In this document: one piece after another, positions 48,527 to 61,290 of the stretch
Layout of the letters: each line of letters begins with the position of its first letter
Numbering within the stretch: position 1 is the stretch's first letter
Origin: Octopus sinensis
Lineage: Eukaryota
Assembly (NCBI RefSeq): GCF_006345805.1
Contig: NC_043013.1
Coordinates: forward strand, 24,676,001 to 24,740,000
Direction: 5' to 3'
DNA: 64,000 nucleotides
Made by a program: the position numbers and the translations under genes
The notes under the pieces: generated by a model
Database searches by the model: none
Seen by the model: the letters and a program-made list of their open reading frames with translations, nothing else
What the model was told of the DNA's origin: nothing

Positions 48527-49778
48527 CAGGATGCGTAAGATATTTGAGGACAGATTTATGTTTATAAAAAAAATCCAAAAACATATATATAATAACAGAT
48601 AACTTTATTTATCAAAAAATGCCATGAGGATAAAAATAGACCTTTTCTATAATGTTATTCAATAAAGCTACCTTCAGCTTCAACAACTGCTTCTATATAA
48701 AATCTAAATCATCTAAATGCTTGAATCAAGTGGTCCTGGTTCATTTTGGAAATTACTGTGACTATGGCAGCTTTCAAAGAATCTTTGGTGTTATGGGCAT
48801 GTTCATTGACCTCTCTCTCAACAACATTCCACATGTAATAGTCAAATGGATTCAGATCTTGGGAATTAGGAGGCCAAATGTTAGGGGTTACATGATCATG
48901 AAAATTTTCAGCCATCCATTTTTGTGTTACTAGAGTCATCTGTGATAGTGCAGAGTCTTACTGAAGCACATATGCATACACTGTCTATCCAGGGCTTAAA
49001 TTTTTTTTCCAGGATCTCAATGTAGGTGGCAGAGTTAACTCTAAGGCCTTGTGGAAAGAAGTAAGGAGGCATCACATGTCCTTCATTGCTGACAACTCCT
49101 AAAACCATGACAGGTGCAGGAAATTTTGTATGCATAACACTTGGAACTTTAGAAGAATCTGCACATAACCATCTGTCATTTATTCTGTTAACTTTTTGAT
49201 CTTGGTCAAAGTTTTTCTCGCTCGAGAAAACCCAAATCAAATCTGCTGGATTTTTCAGTTTGTTTAAAAGCCTTTTAGATCTGATGTAGTGATTTTCTTT
49301 TGCTTTTTCTGATAAATTGACCTTTCCTCATCATATAAGACTTATATCTGAAATCTTCGTAGACGGCATTTCTGACTTTTCCTTGTGGCACATGAAGATC
49401 TTTTGCAACTGACCTCATGGACATTCTGGGATTGTAATCAAAGTTCTGTTGAACTTGCTGGGTAGATTCAGGTGTTCTGATAATTTCAGAGCATTTAGAA
49501 TGCTTTTTATGCTTTGATGCTGGTGATACGTTTCCATCTTCAGTCTCTAGCTCTTTACAAACTTTGTAGACAAAAGATCTGGCAATTTTTAAAAATCGAG
49601 ATATTTCTAAATCACTATGCTCAGCCTTTATAACCACAATAACAGCATGCCTCTTCATTTATTGAGTAAGCTGAGGGTCTGCCATTATTATTTTCTGAAA
49701 CAAAGATTATACAGATTTAGCAAAAAAATGCAGCAATGACCCCAAAAAGATATGTCCTCAGATATCTTACACATCCTG
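48527..49778 (-). mobile_element. Full-length Tc1/mariner-superfamily transposon, DD37D (maT-type), transposase disrupted
   Basis: ~30-bp TIRs (CAGGATG(C/T)GTAAGATAT(T/C)TGAGGAC) flanked by TA. Transposase in 3 frames: WVFSSEKNF, LQ*DSA, WPPNSQDLNPFDY; 37 residues counted between the 2nd and 3rd catalytic D. Confidence 0.92.
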
Positions 49779-49804
49779 TATACAATTTACTCCTCCTGTA
49801 TGTG

Positions 49805-50325
49805 TGTATTTTTATAAGAGAAAAATATGTAATAATTGAAGTAGAAAAAAGATAATTTCAGACATGAACTTCTGTTTGTTTATTATATGATAATAACTAG
49901 TGAGTAGTATGTGTTATTTTATTTATCAATACAGTAATGGCAAATATATAATACAATTCATTTAAAGAGATAATTCACTCATTCTTGAATGTAATGATAG
50001 TAATGGTAAATTAAGTTATTGAAGTATTCATGTTATATTAAGAGTGAATATTTTTTTATAAGCAATGTTTTTTATTTTATTTTGGAGTGCATAAAGTTGA
50101 CCTTGTGAAAAGCATGGTTGTTCAAGTTGCAATCCAGCAGTGTTTGGCCCTGACTTTTATTAATGCTCATGGCAAAAGAAACTTGGATAGGAAACTGTAA
50201 CCACTTAAATTGTAATGGGATATTATATGGTATAACTGGTATGTGAGGAATGAAAACAATCTCACCTTTACCACAACCAGTGCGAATATTTGCCTCAATG
50301 CACTTCATGATAAGTTTATGCACAA
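49805..50325 (-). mobile_element. Second Helitron helicase fragment of the same family as 29100-29550
   Basis: IPHIPVIPYNIPLQFKWLQFPIQVSFAMSINKSQGQTL; shares flank taataattgaagtagaaaaa...gaacttctgtttgtt. Confidence 0.8.
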
Positions 50326-50329
50326 GTGT

Positions 50330-50700
50330 AAAAAACTCGGGTTAAATAAAATAGGTGAGAAAGAAAAAGAAATGGTTACTTCTCCAGATAAAGGACCCAG
50401 TAGAAATATATACAAAACTATTAATCATGGCACAATTCTAGGGAGCAGGGCAAGCACAAATTTATCCCACCCTTACTTACATAAAAAATTTAAAGGTAAA
50501 AATCTCGTATGGTGCACTATCCCATTCAACTGTGGAATATCCACAAACAAATATAGTAAATTTATGGCTATTTTAGAAAAAAACTTCTCTACTTCCCATA
50601 GATATAATGGAATCTTTTCATGTAAGACAGATTCTCATACTCTACTCTCCCCAATATAAGTACCATCATAGCTAGATTAAATAGGAAGAATATTAGATTG
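50330..50700 (+). mobile_element. Penelope-like element fragment (RT to GIY-YIG linker)
   Basis: KNLVWCTIPFNCGISTN...FMAILEKNF...HRYNGIF and SYSTLPNISTIIARLNRK resemble the PLE consensus IIWFNPPF..TNIG..F..HK..KIF...SYSC.PN (recalled). Confidence 0.6.
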
Positions 50701-50719
50701 GCCAGAAATGTTGAAACTA

Positions 50720-50759
<40 letters not shown>

Positions 50760-50880
50760 GAGTAACATTAACAATAATAATTATAATAACAATAGTAACA
50801 TTAACAATAATAATAAAAATAAGAATAACAATAGCAATAATAATAATTATATTAATAATGATAGTAATAGTCCTGTCAGC
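50720..50880 (+). repeat. (AAT)n-based low-complexity tract
   Basis: Directly visible. Confidence 0.9.
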
Positions 50881-52437
50881 TATAACTTAAACCCCCAAAA
50901 TGAAAATAGTAATATTAATTATTACTAAGTAAATATAATTTTTAATCCAATATATTTTGAATTATTATACTTTTTTCTAAAAAAATCTTCTCTATTGGTG
51001 TTGACAAGCTAAATATACTTTACAATAGTATTAGTAATTAAACCATTTTATTCCTTTTCTATGGTGTTCTGCCCTTGATTATTTTATTTTATAACTAGCT
51101 TTTTTTTTATTTATTTATAAAATTATTCGAAGTCTTGTATCTCTATAAATTTCATGCTCAGCTTATATAAAGCTATGCTGATATATTCACTACATATAAA
51201 AAAAAACTGCTTAGATTAAAATTTTTTTAATATATAATTAGCATGTTCTTTAAAACTGTCCAACCCATGTCAGCAAAGAAGCTCTTCAGAAAATGGTAAA
51301 AGATAAGACAGAAAGCATTTCCTTCCTTTGACTTTGAGTGATAGATGAAAATGAACATCAGTTCCTTGCAAGCTATGTCATTCATTTCCAATGTTCCATG
51401 GAAACACATGTGGCCATATCAAAATATTATCTTGCTTGGAAACAGGTAAAAGTTAGCAACAGGAAGGGCATCCTGCCATAGAAGTGCTACCTTAATAAAT
51501 TCCATCAGACCCATTCATACACAGAAAAGTGGATATTGAAATAATAATGTTGATATAAATACATGTAACCTACTGAACTAATTAATGTACTCAGCTAATT
51601 AACAGTATTTTTTCTCACTGGTGTGGATGATCTTTATTTCCTAAAATATGCTCCAAAAACCTAGAGACCAAAAGTTACAGTTTCACAAGCCAGGAGAAGA
51701 TTATCAATGCTAAACTTTGCATGTCACTATCCTTTCACACACACAAACTTTTCAGCCCAGGTTTTCCTTTTACTAAAAGGAAAACATGCAGACTCTAAAT
51801 GAACAATAGGATTTACATATCACTAAACCTTTAACTAAACATTTTGGTAAATCAAGTGAAAGTGTTGAGGCCCTACTTTTAAGTTCTTTTTACCAGATTT
51901 TCAAATCGAAATTAGGTGTCTTTTCAGTGAGAGGATCCTTGATATCAGAAATAAAATAGTTGTGAAACATCTCTTTGAATTGACTCCATTATTATTTTTG
52001 TTTATCTTTTTGCTAACTATTTCAGTGACTATGCTCAGAAATTAATTTTTATTAAATTATTGACTTAAACTAGAATTTTCTTCAATATAAAATCTATTCA
52101 GTTTCTTTTGTTCCTTGTATATGTCTTCCTATGAACAGGAGTAAAAACTGAGAGTTGCATAAAATTCAAGATTTTGATTTTTCCTTCCTATTTCCAAATT
52201 TGTTCTTTCTAATTTTAATCAATCCAAATATTATTGTCATTTACAAATTTAATGTCCTTATGAACAAAGTTCCTCAATTCATCTAGCATGTACAAGAACA
52301 AATTGAAGTGGAAGCGAGTATTGTCTTTAATTTTCAAACTTTATACAAATTATTTCTCCTGTCTTAATTCTAGCTTCTTTTGAGACAGATTTCCTGATAC
52401 AGTTATACTTACACTTGATTTTGATTTCTTCTTGCAG

Positions 52438-52606
52438 AAAATTTGAAAGTGATGCCTCACTTCTCTTTACCTGAGCTTGTTTCTAAATATGCTCAACATG
52501 AAGACATTGACTTTACATATTATCTGCGGCAAGGAAGACCTACATTTGCTTTCTGCTCTTTCTTAACTGATGAATTCAACCATGGCACTGTTATCGCTCA
52601 ACATAG
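52438..52606 (+). CDS. SPG11: Spatacsin exon 17 (NLKVMPHFSLPELVSKYA...YYLRQGRPTFAF...AQH-R)
   Basis: Diagnostic motif (human LPHFSSPDLVNKYA...YYLHNGRPSFAF, recalled). Confidence 0.96.
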
Positions 52607-54519
52607 GTAAACACTTTGAAATGTTTTCATTTAATTTTCCATGTATCACTTGTGTAGAACTCTATCCTAGAGCTCTCTTTCATTCAGCCTAATTAGCTGC
52701 CATTAAGTAACTGGGGAATCTGTGTAATAATCTACCAATAGAATATCTAAATATTTGGTAGTTTACAAAAGAAAGTCAAGTTCTAACAAGTTTATGGACT
52801 GATGCTTTCCTAGTTTGGGATTATAGAGTTCCAGTAGATAGAAACTAAAAATTGTCAGGAAGCTTATAATAATTTGTTATGTTAGAACCATACAACAATT
52901 TATTTTCTTATAAACCAAAAATAAGCAACATGACTTCTACTAGCATCAACAACCATTTCTTCCATAAATTAACAAGGGAGCCACAACATAGTAATTCAAC
53001 CTTCTAGAAATAGTAGCTAGATTCCTTTCAAATCATACTGAACCTCCTTAGGAAAAAAACACTTTGGATAATGTAGTGTATCTTTGTAATGTTGGATAAT
53101 GTACAGTTTGGATAATGTACATTTTGCAAAGACAGGATGGTTGCAATTGAAAAATTTTTAATCTTAGGTATTCTCAACCAGAGCTGACTTGAGTCTAAAC
53201 AGCAACAGACACTTTTCCTTTATAATTTTTATTTCTTTTCTAATCTCAGGGCTTCAGTTAACTTGATATCTTTTGAAACACTGAGTGAATGCAGTTGAAC
53301 ATAGATGTATCTGTTTAGGATTTTTTAAAAATTATACACTTTTGTGAAATGTCCTCTCTCAAACTATCTCCTCCCTTCACTCATATTCATGTAATGTGTG
53401 TACATACCTTTGTGTGTGTGTGTGTGTGTGTGTGCAATATTTGCACATATACTTTTGGGGCATATGCGCTTATTTTTTAATGTATACTTAATATTCTGTA
53501 TCTTAATCATTTTAATCCTTTATTCTCTCCATGCTTGGGCATATGTTCATGTGGGAGTGCCTACATACACATGTATGCGCATACATTGTGACTCTTGTTT
53601 TGCCTGAATGTTCATATACAGCAATTTATCTAACCCTTATCCTTTGCCTCATTCTTCTCCTGTTCTTTCTTTTTATCACCTTGTTATTGTTTCCTACTAT
53701 CAACTGTTCTGCCTGGTTAACTCACCAATAATTTTTTTATATTTCTTACACTTCGGTATTTTTCACAAGCATCCATTGCACTTATTCTCTAATAAAATAT
53801 CTTACTCAAAATGTTAGACTTCATAGTTCCTTGCAGAAGACAAACTTATTAAATTCTACAAGTTTTATTAGGACTGCATTAATCTGCCAGAATAATAGAT
53901 GTGCATGGTAGAGGGGAGGGTCTGAGTCTTTTCATTTTGGTGCTTTACATTTCTGAATTTTAAAATTCTTCTTGAGGTAACTTTGCTTTTTATCTCTGAG
54001 GACAGTAAAATTAGCTCCAGAAAAATAATGAAACATTTCAGATATTTAGGGTACAGGTTTCATTCAATAGATTGAGCTAGTGAACCCTGGTACTTCCATG
54101 GCAAAACTTATTAAAGTTTTACCAACCTGACTTGTCTACACCACATGCTGATGAAGCTTTTCACTGATACTTCAGTGAGCCAGTAGTTTATCAGACATCC
54201 ATCTAATTTACTATGATCAGTTTTTCATTAGTATCTTTGTTATCGTCACATCATTTAATCATTATTACAACAGAAACAACAGTTCATTTTATAATGTGTT
54301 ACTTCTAAAGTAAAGGTTTCAGGACCACCTTCATTTTTAATACTATTTGCTGTAGAGTACAAATAAATTAGCAGCGGTACAAATTGCTCTGTGTATACAC
54401 AAAGAGTGAATATATGATTCTATCCAGTCTTTGTGATCAGAATAATCTCAAATTAATTTTGAATACTCCTTTAACTCTTTTTTTTTTAATATTTATGAAT
54501 GCTATGTTTTATTATTATT

Positions 54520-54742
54520 TGCAGTAAAGATTGTTTGCCAACATAACACGGTAGTCCTGGTTTAGGACTAATGTTGCTGTAATTTAGCCCCAGGAGACAT
54601 CATTGCCAGCTGGCTGTACAACACGATCTGTGTCCATATATCATATAGCCAGCTGGAGACGATGTCTCCTGGGACTAAATTACAGCAACGTTAGTCCTAA
54701 ACCAGGACTGCCATGTTATGTTGGCAAACAATCTATACTGCA
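54520..54742. mobile_element. Palindromic MITE with ~95-bp inverted arms
   Basis: tgcagta(a/t)agattgtttgccaacataaca...ccagctggct arms are near-perfect reverse complements around a ~30-bp spacer. Confidence 0.85.
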
Positions 54743-54824
54743 AAGTATTGTTGCTGAATATCTCTCATTGTGAGATTTAAAAATAGTAATTTTCTAATTT
54801 ATTACTTTTTATTTTCTACCTTAG

Positions 54825-55060
54825 AGTGCAATATGCTTGTCAGATTTCCACCAAACTGGCTGTTAAGTATTTCAGTCAAAGCCAAGTATCCGCATCATGT
54901 GCAGCTTTTGTAGAAATGCTTGGAGTTGATAGCATTTTGCTTCGTTTGTTGGTGAACATTGGTAATAAGATTGTTGCTTATAGAATGAACAAGCTGAAGT
55001 CTTGGGGAGGCTCTGTTCAATGGAGAAAGGATTATAACCAGCAATTTGAGCAAGAAACAG
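54825..55060 (+). CDS. SPG11: Spatacsin exon 18 (VQYACQIS...ASCAAFVEMLGVDSILLRL...FEQET)
   Basis: Matches recalled human AACVCFLELLGLDSLKLRV; donor G|GTATAT; phases 2 to 1. Confidence 0.93.
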
Positions 55061-55145
55061 GTATATATAATTTATGTATAAATGAATGACAAGTGAACAA
55101 GAGTTATCTTCACACATTCTTGCCACTTGAGATTACTAGTTCTGT

Positions 55146-55482
55146 GAAGTATAAGTATATTGAGTTCTTACAACAGTATACTGGTTGGTACCTTTGTAGT
55201 AGAGCACAATTATATATGTGTGTATTTATATGTATGTGTATATATATCATCATCATCATCATCGTATATATAAATTATATGTGTATATATGAATTAGAAA
55301 AAAACCATCTTTTAAGAAGTATAAGTATATTGAGTTCTTACAACAGTATACTGGTTGGTACCTTTGTAGTAGAGCACAATTATATATGTGTGTATTTATA
55401 TGTATGTGTATATATATCATCATCATCATCATCGTATATATAAATTATATGTGTATATATGAATTAGAAAAAAACCATCTTT
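55146..55482 (+). repeat. Apparently identical 170-bp tandem duplication
   Basis: 55146-55315 is repeated from 55316. Confidence 0.9.
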
Positions 55483-55604
55483 TATCAATTCAATAATGAA
55501 AAATTAAATTATACCATCTAGAAAATTACATATAGAAAGATTAAATATAAGATAAAACATATAACGATGATTAAATAATGTGCAAAAATAATAAATAAAA
55601 CGTA

Positions 55605-55721
55605 TATATTTGGTAGAATAACGACACGTGTTCCATGGCTATATTTAAGAAATGATTATAAAACATATATTTGGTAGAAGAATGACACGTGTTTTGTGGC
55701 TATATTTAAGAAATGATTATA
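55605..55721 (+). repeat. Diverged 61-bp tandem duplication
   Basis: tatatttggtagaa...gacacgtgtt...gctatatttaagaaatgattata occurs twice. Confidence 0.8.
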
Positions 55722-56931
55722 GTAAAAATATTAGTAGTGAAGCTTGATTTCTGTAGCTTGATGCCCTCCCTAACACCAACCACTTTACATAATGCATTGG
55801 GTGAATTCTTCATGACATCAGCATTAGAGAGGTAATCATATCCTTGACATGACTTAAAGAAGCTATCAACCCCTTGTCTTTGCTTACTTGCAAGCCACTT
55901 TGCGGCATAGAAGACAAGAATGAAAGACTGTAAGAAGCAGGTTGTGTGATAAGGGGTGACTGAGTGGTGAGAAAAGGAAAGATTCGGTATGCAGTATTCT
56001 GAGATACATACATATTCAGGACAACAGTGTGAGCAAGAGGTTGCAGTGATGACAAAGCATCATGATTTAGGAGATAGATCAAGGACTGAGATTTAGGATG
56101 TGTAGGAGAGAAGGTACAAAAATTTGGTAGCATGGTGAAAATGGGGTGATGACAGATAATAGAGGAGAAGAGGGTGAAGGTTGCTTTCTGTTGACTGACT
56201 TTGAGATGGGCTAGAGAAGTTGATCAATAAAGATGGTGAATGAAGGAATGGAAAGTAGTTGGGTCCTGTACTAGTGAATGGCACATTGAGTGTTGGTAAG
56301 AGTAGTAGGTAATCGGATAAGTGAAGTTGCATCTTGGCTGCACTGTATGGTAAACAGAAGAGATCTGACATAGAAAAATGAGATTGAGAAAAGAATTGAG
56401 AGATGAGAGAAAAAAATAGAGGTAAGAACTCATGAAGGGTGAAGACATGAAATGCATGTGAGAGTTGTATGGATGACAGAAGAGTGATAAAGGGATATGT
56501 AATAACAGAGACAGAGACAAGTAGTAGGGGAGAATGTGGAAGATAAGAGACAGAGTTATTAGATGGAAGAGAGGTGATGATAGAAACCGATGATCTGGGC
56601 TTGACTTTACACACACACATACAGACACACACTTGCCTGGTATGAATAGGTGGGTGGGTTTCCTTACATACAGCAAATTGGCTGTCAGTATGGTCGTTTG
56701 TTATTTTCTTGAGATTACACAACTTCAGATCTGTCCTCACCACTTCATCCCATAGTGTGTGTGTGTGTGTATCCTTTGTGTCTTTATATTAGACACTAAG
56801 GCTAGTTTGAATGAGATTTGACTGCTACTTCTACTATATTCAGTGACCATGTAGAGGTTTCTTTAAAGCCTTATGCATTATAGAAGGTTATATGTATTGT
56901 AAAGTAGTACATTGCAGATGTGTATGTATGT

Positions 56932-57185
56932 CATCATCATCATCGTTTAATGTCCATTTCCATGCTGGCTTGGGTTGGACGGTTTGACTAGGGTCTGGCA
57001 ATGTTTCTACAGCTGGGTGCCCTTCCTTAAGCCAACCACTCTGAGCGTGTAGTAGGTGCTTTTTACGTGCCACTAGCACAGGAGCCAGACGGGTTGAGGG
57101 GCTGGCATCAACCACATTTGGATGGTGCTTTATACTTGGCACTGGCCACGTTCAGATGGTGCTTTTTACGTGCCACCGGCACATA
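56932..57185 (-). mobile_element. RTE 3' UTR repeat copy
   Basis: (CAT)n, conserved body and modules. Confidence 0.75.
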
Positions 57186-57784
57186 GGTATGTGTGCCTAT
57201 GTGTATATATCAATATCATCAGTTAACATCTGTCTTCTGTGTTAGCATGGCTTGGACATTTTCATAGGATCCAACAAGTGAAGCTGGGTCAAGAGTAGCA
57301 AGGCTGAGAGAATATCTATCTTCGTACAGACTACATATAGTTAAAATAATTATCAAAGGCATGGCACTGTGTTCATATTCTATTTTAATTAGACTTTCTT
57401 GGCTCACTACAATATGACTTTACCGTGATATACGTGTGCATCACATCACTTACATTGTATACTTAGGTCAAAGTGTAAACCCTTTACATGTAAGTTTAAA
57501 GACATCTGTTCGTTGTCAGCTGAAACAAAAGTTAATATTCAAGCAAGTTACTCTACAGGATCCATTTGAACGAGCAAGATAATAGTCATTCATTCTGTTT
57601 TGGCATTTGCTTCTGAAAAGTTTCATGTTTTGTTTAAATAATGTAAAGCACATGTTCTCTCTCTCTCTCAAGCATTTCTTGTATCATTTATACTTAATGA
57701 GGATATTGTCTCCAGCGTAAGCTATATTTTCTGTGTCTGTTGCTGTAATTTGATACCTTTTTTCCCATTGTGTTTTGTGATTAG

Positions 57785-57893
57785 GTCAGTTGTTAATGGG
57801 CTGCCTTAAACGAAAACGGAATTCAGCCTCAGAGCTGCTCAATACTTTAGAAGATGCTACTGAGTATGACATTGAAAAGGAAGAAGTTTCACC
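57785..57893 (+). CDS. SPG11: Spatacsin exon 19 (QLLMGCLKRKRNSASELLNTLEDATEYDIEKEEVS-P)
   Basis: ELLNTLEDAT resembles human ELLVLLEEGT; canonical sites; followed by an 88-nt intron. Confidence 0.9.
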
Positions 57894-57981
57894 GTAAGTC
57901 TTATAGTAACTAGTTTACTCTCTTAAAAGTAACTATTTATTTAAGAATTTGTTTATGATATTTTGTTTCTTTATTTTTTAG

Positions 57982-58141
57982 TTTTGGTTTCGAAGCCGGT
58001 CATTTATGGACACAATCTATTCTATTGTGTTATCATCTTCATCTGCCTTACTCTACTAGATTTCTTGAGAATTGTGCCAAAACCAATAACTGGTTACCAT
58101 TCCTTTGGTTTGCACAGCTGCACCAATATCCCAAAGATCAG
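57982..58141 (+). CDS. SPG11: Spatacsin exon 20 (FGFEAGHLW...FLENCAKTNNWLPFLWFAQLHQYPKDQ)
   Basis: Matches recalled human YLRECAKANDWLQFIIHSQLHNYH; donor CAG|GTAAAC. Confidence 0.95.
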
Positions 58142-58234
58142 GTAAACATTTTTTTTTATTTTCTCGTAAATTTTTTGGCTATAATGTCAGTTTTAGGAGA
58201 AACCTACAATTTGATATCTTTCATTTATACATTA

Positions 58235-58440
58235 TCATCTTCATCGCCATCATAATCATTTAACATCCAGTTTCTACACTGGCATGAGGTGGATGGTTCA
58301 ATAGGGACCCATAAACCATAAAGCTGCAACGAGCTCCAATGTTTTTGTTTTGGCATGGTTCCTATGGCTGGATGCCCTTCTTTATGCCAACCACTTTACA
58401 GAGTATACAGGGTGTCTTTTTTATATATAATACCATCATT
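58235..58440 (-). mobile_element. RTE 3' UTR repeat copy
   Basis: ggctggatgcccttctttatgccaaccactttacagag. Confidence 0.65.
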
Positions 58441-58764
58441 AGTGAGGTTACCCAGTAAGTCATAAGACAAAACTCCTCAACTCAGGTGAAGTATAATATT
58501 GAGGGAGGTAGTTTTATGCTAGGTGTTTGGTAAGTTAAGATATGATAGTGGGACAGGAGAAGGTGCCTTGCTGGAGAGGAGAAACCTGGTTATATATCTT
58601 ATAATATGGGATTATCAGGTCTACAAATGACCTTGTATATAATTCCATGTTCTGCTAGAAATAAGTCAAATTTCTATCAGATTTCAATCTTGGATCTATT
58701 GATATACAAAAGGGTGTCATCTTCTTCTTTTTCTTCCTTCTTCTTATTATTATTATTATTAATA

Positions 58765-58980
58765 ATGCCAGCTGGCAGAGTCATTAGCATGCCAAAAGTG
58801 CTTAACAGCATTTCATCTGTCCTTACATTCTGAGTTCAAATTCTGTCGAGATCAACTTTGCTTTTCATCCTTTCATGGTTGATAAAATATGTACCAGTTG
58901 TGTACTGGGGTCGATGTAATTGACTAGTAGTCTCCCCACCAAATTTCAGGCCTTGTACCTTTAGTAGAAAGGATTATTAT
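58765..58980 (+). mobile_element. SINE family B copy
   Basis: GAGTTCAAATTC B-box-like motif, shared central domain, ATT tail. Confidence 0.7.
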
Positions 58981-58983
58981 TAA

Positions 58984-59198
58984 CCCTTTCGAAACCAACC
59001 TGGCTGAAACTACCTCTGGCTCTGTAATTTAAATGTCTTGTTTTCATAAGTTTTGGATTAAAATCTTCCACCAGTCACAATTTATGTTCCTAACACTAGC
59101 TTAATGATAACTAAGTTATTTTACTAAATTCTTTGTTATATTTAAAATCAAATGACAGAAACACACTGCATTTCAAAATAAATACGGTAATGAAAGAA
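58984..59198. mobile_element. piggyBac-like MITE, second copy in opposite orientation
   Basis: TTAA|CCCTTTCG...GAAAGAA|TTAA; interior is the reverse complement of 16791-17010. Confidence 0.7.
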
Positions 59199-60959
59199 TT
59201 AAGCTGGTAAATTCCTTAGCAGTTGATTAGTCATTAAAATAAACTTATCACATTGTTCATTTACAAAATCAAATAAATTTATGTAAAAAAAAGAAGTCAT
59301 TTACATGGTAGGTTATTGTTTGCTCAGCAAGTATGTTCTCAATACTTGTGACATGTCATTTAATTATATGATCATCATTATTATTATTATTAAAAAAAAA
59401 AACCATTGCCACCAGCAATTTTCATCTTTACATCTGTTACCCATTCTAAAATAAGTTGGATGAGTCAGATTAGAGAACTTTTCATTTGCATGCTTCATTT
59501 GTGTTGGGAATTCTGTTGGTGGATGCCCATCCTAACATCAACCACTCAACAGAGTATAATGAATGCATTTTATCATAGCATCAGCATTAGAAAGATTGTC
59601 ATGTCCTTGACAAGACCAAACAGTTCTCTTGGCTCTGTATTGTCTCTGCTCATTTGTCAACTACTTTACAGTATTTATAGGATACATATTTTATGATGGC
59701 ACTAGCATCAGTAAAGATGCCTTGTACATGGCAAGGCTAGATAACATCTATGATAGGGTTGCATGAGCAGAGGTGAGTAAAAGCATGAATGGAGAGGCAA
59801 AGTGATTAGAGTGCAAAGGTGGTGGTAGAGGAGGGAGTAAGTAAAGAATGTCAATATTAGAGGTAGTATTGAATGAGTCACAACATTGGCAAGGAATAAT
59901 GAACAAATATGAGACTAACTCTTATACATAGCCAGCTGATTGGAGTGTGTTGAGGTAGCATATGTGTGATGACAGAATAGGGATATGTCTAGTGCTATCT
60001 CTTGTTACACAAATGCATGGTACAATGAACAGGAAAGAGAATGTGTAGAGTGAGACAAGTGTGTTGGATGAATCCAGTGTCATCCCTGAGCACATGGGTA
60101 TCATGGAATAGTTCTTTGCAGAGATCCACTTGGTTACTTAATTACATGGAAAGCATCATATAATGCATAGGATAGACAGTAAGTGAAGAAAGCTTGAGTG
60201 ACAGAGATGAATGAGAGAGATCTGAGGGTATCAAAAGGAGGGGAAGAGGAGGTAGATGAAGACTTCTAGAAACATATTAAGTAAGAAATCTAACTGTTGA
60301 TACATGCATCTCCTAGCCACCATCATTGCTACTCTTTCAACATTTGTTTCACCATACTTGCACAGTGGATAGGTCTTTTTTTCATTCCGGCCTCACACAT
60401 TTCTAATCAGTATATCTTGCAAACAACTTGCACATGCAAGTGCTACAGTTAAAAGCTCCGTATATCGGAAGCTAGCAAGTGTATGGGATCATCAGGAGAG
60501 AATGCGCGCCGTTTCGGGGCCTACCTCTCGACAGCATCAATGCGCACACGGCCCCCTCCTGATATGAGGCCCCGCTTGCTAGATCAGCTGGTTATGAAGA
60601 ACTCAATATACTTCTAGCCATCGCTCATCGTCTCTTTTTAACCAAATCCAGTGGCTAGCCTTCTTTGTCATCTCCTTTTGTTTCTAGAATTTCCTGAACA
60701 TTTCCAAATCCATTCTTATTCTGGCTTCTCTGCTTTCAGAATACCTACCACTACTACTAATTAGATTAATTAGGTTAACTAGGGAGCAAAAGCTATCAAC
60801 AACTTCTGGAGACATGTCTGGTCATTTGCAAAAATTTATTTCCTGTGTCTTCTGAGTTCTTATTGCACCCATGCATATGTGCCACATATGAAGTCTAGCA
60901 TCTCTGTCATCCTTCATGTAATCCCACCTCTTTTGCATCCATCACTTATAATGTGTAAA

Positions 60960-61290
60960 AAAAAAACGCTTTGGTCTTGAATGACCATGGGATTGCACCT
61001 AGAAAGTTAACTAGCAAGTCCGGGCAAGGTTATTTTATGGATGACCAGCAGTCACCTGTGCATACCACCCTCTCTGTTCCACATCACCGATTTTATCCAA
61101 AGGAAAGGCAAGGGCTAATACAGCTTTGCACCAGTGATATTGCAACTCATTTCTACAGATGAGTGAACTGGGGCAATGGGAAATGAAGTGTCTTGCTCAA
61201 GAACACAACACACAGCCCAGTCCGGGAGTCAAACTCACTACCTTGTGATTGTGAGCCTGATGTTCTAACCAATGGGCCATGTGCCTTTAC
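60960..61290 (-). mobile_element. tRNA-derived CORE-type SINE
   Basis: On the minus strand: A-box TGGCCCATTGG, degenerate B-box GAGTTTGACTC, CORE-like domain (gtgttcttgagcaagacacttc...catctgtagaaatg). Confidence 0.75.

Noticed and set aside
50698-50928. Poly-Asn ORF, and similar ORFs at 66-299, 2913-3209, 8647-8870, 22480-22646 and 53398-53607
   Set aside because: Translations of microsatellites or low-complexity DNA.
56093-56743. 216-aa and 150-aa minus-strand ORFs
   Set aside because: They come from a purine-rich strand bias giving Ser/Leu/Phe-rich translations, with no recognisable domain or splice logic.
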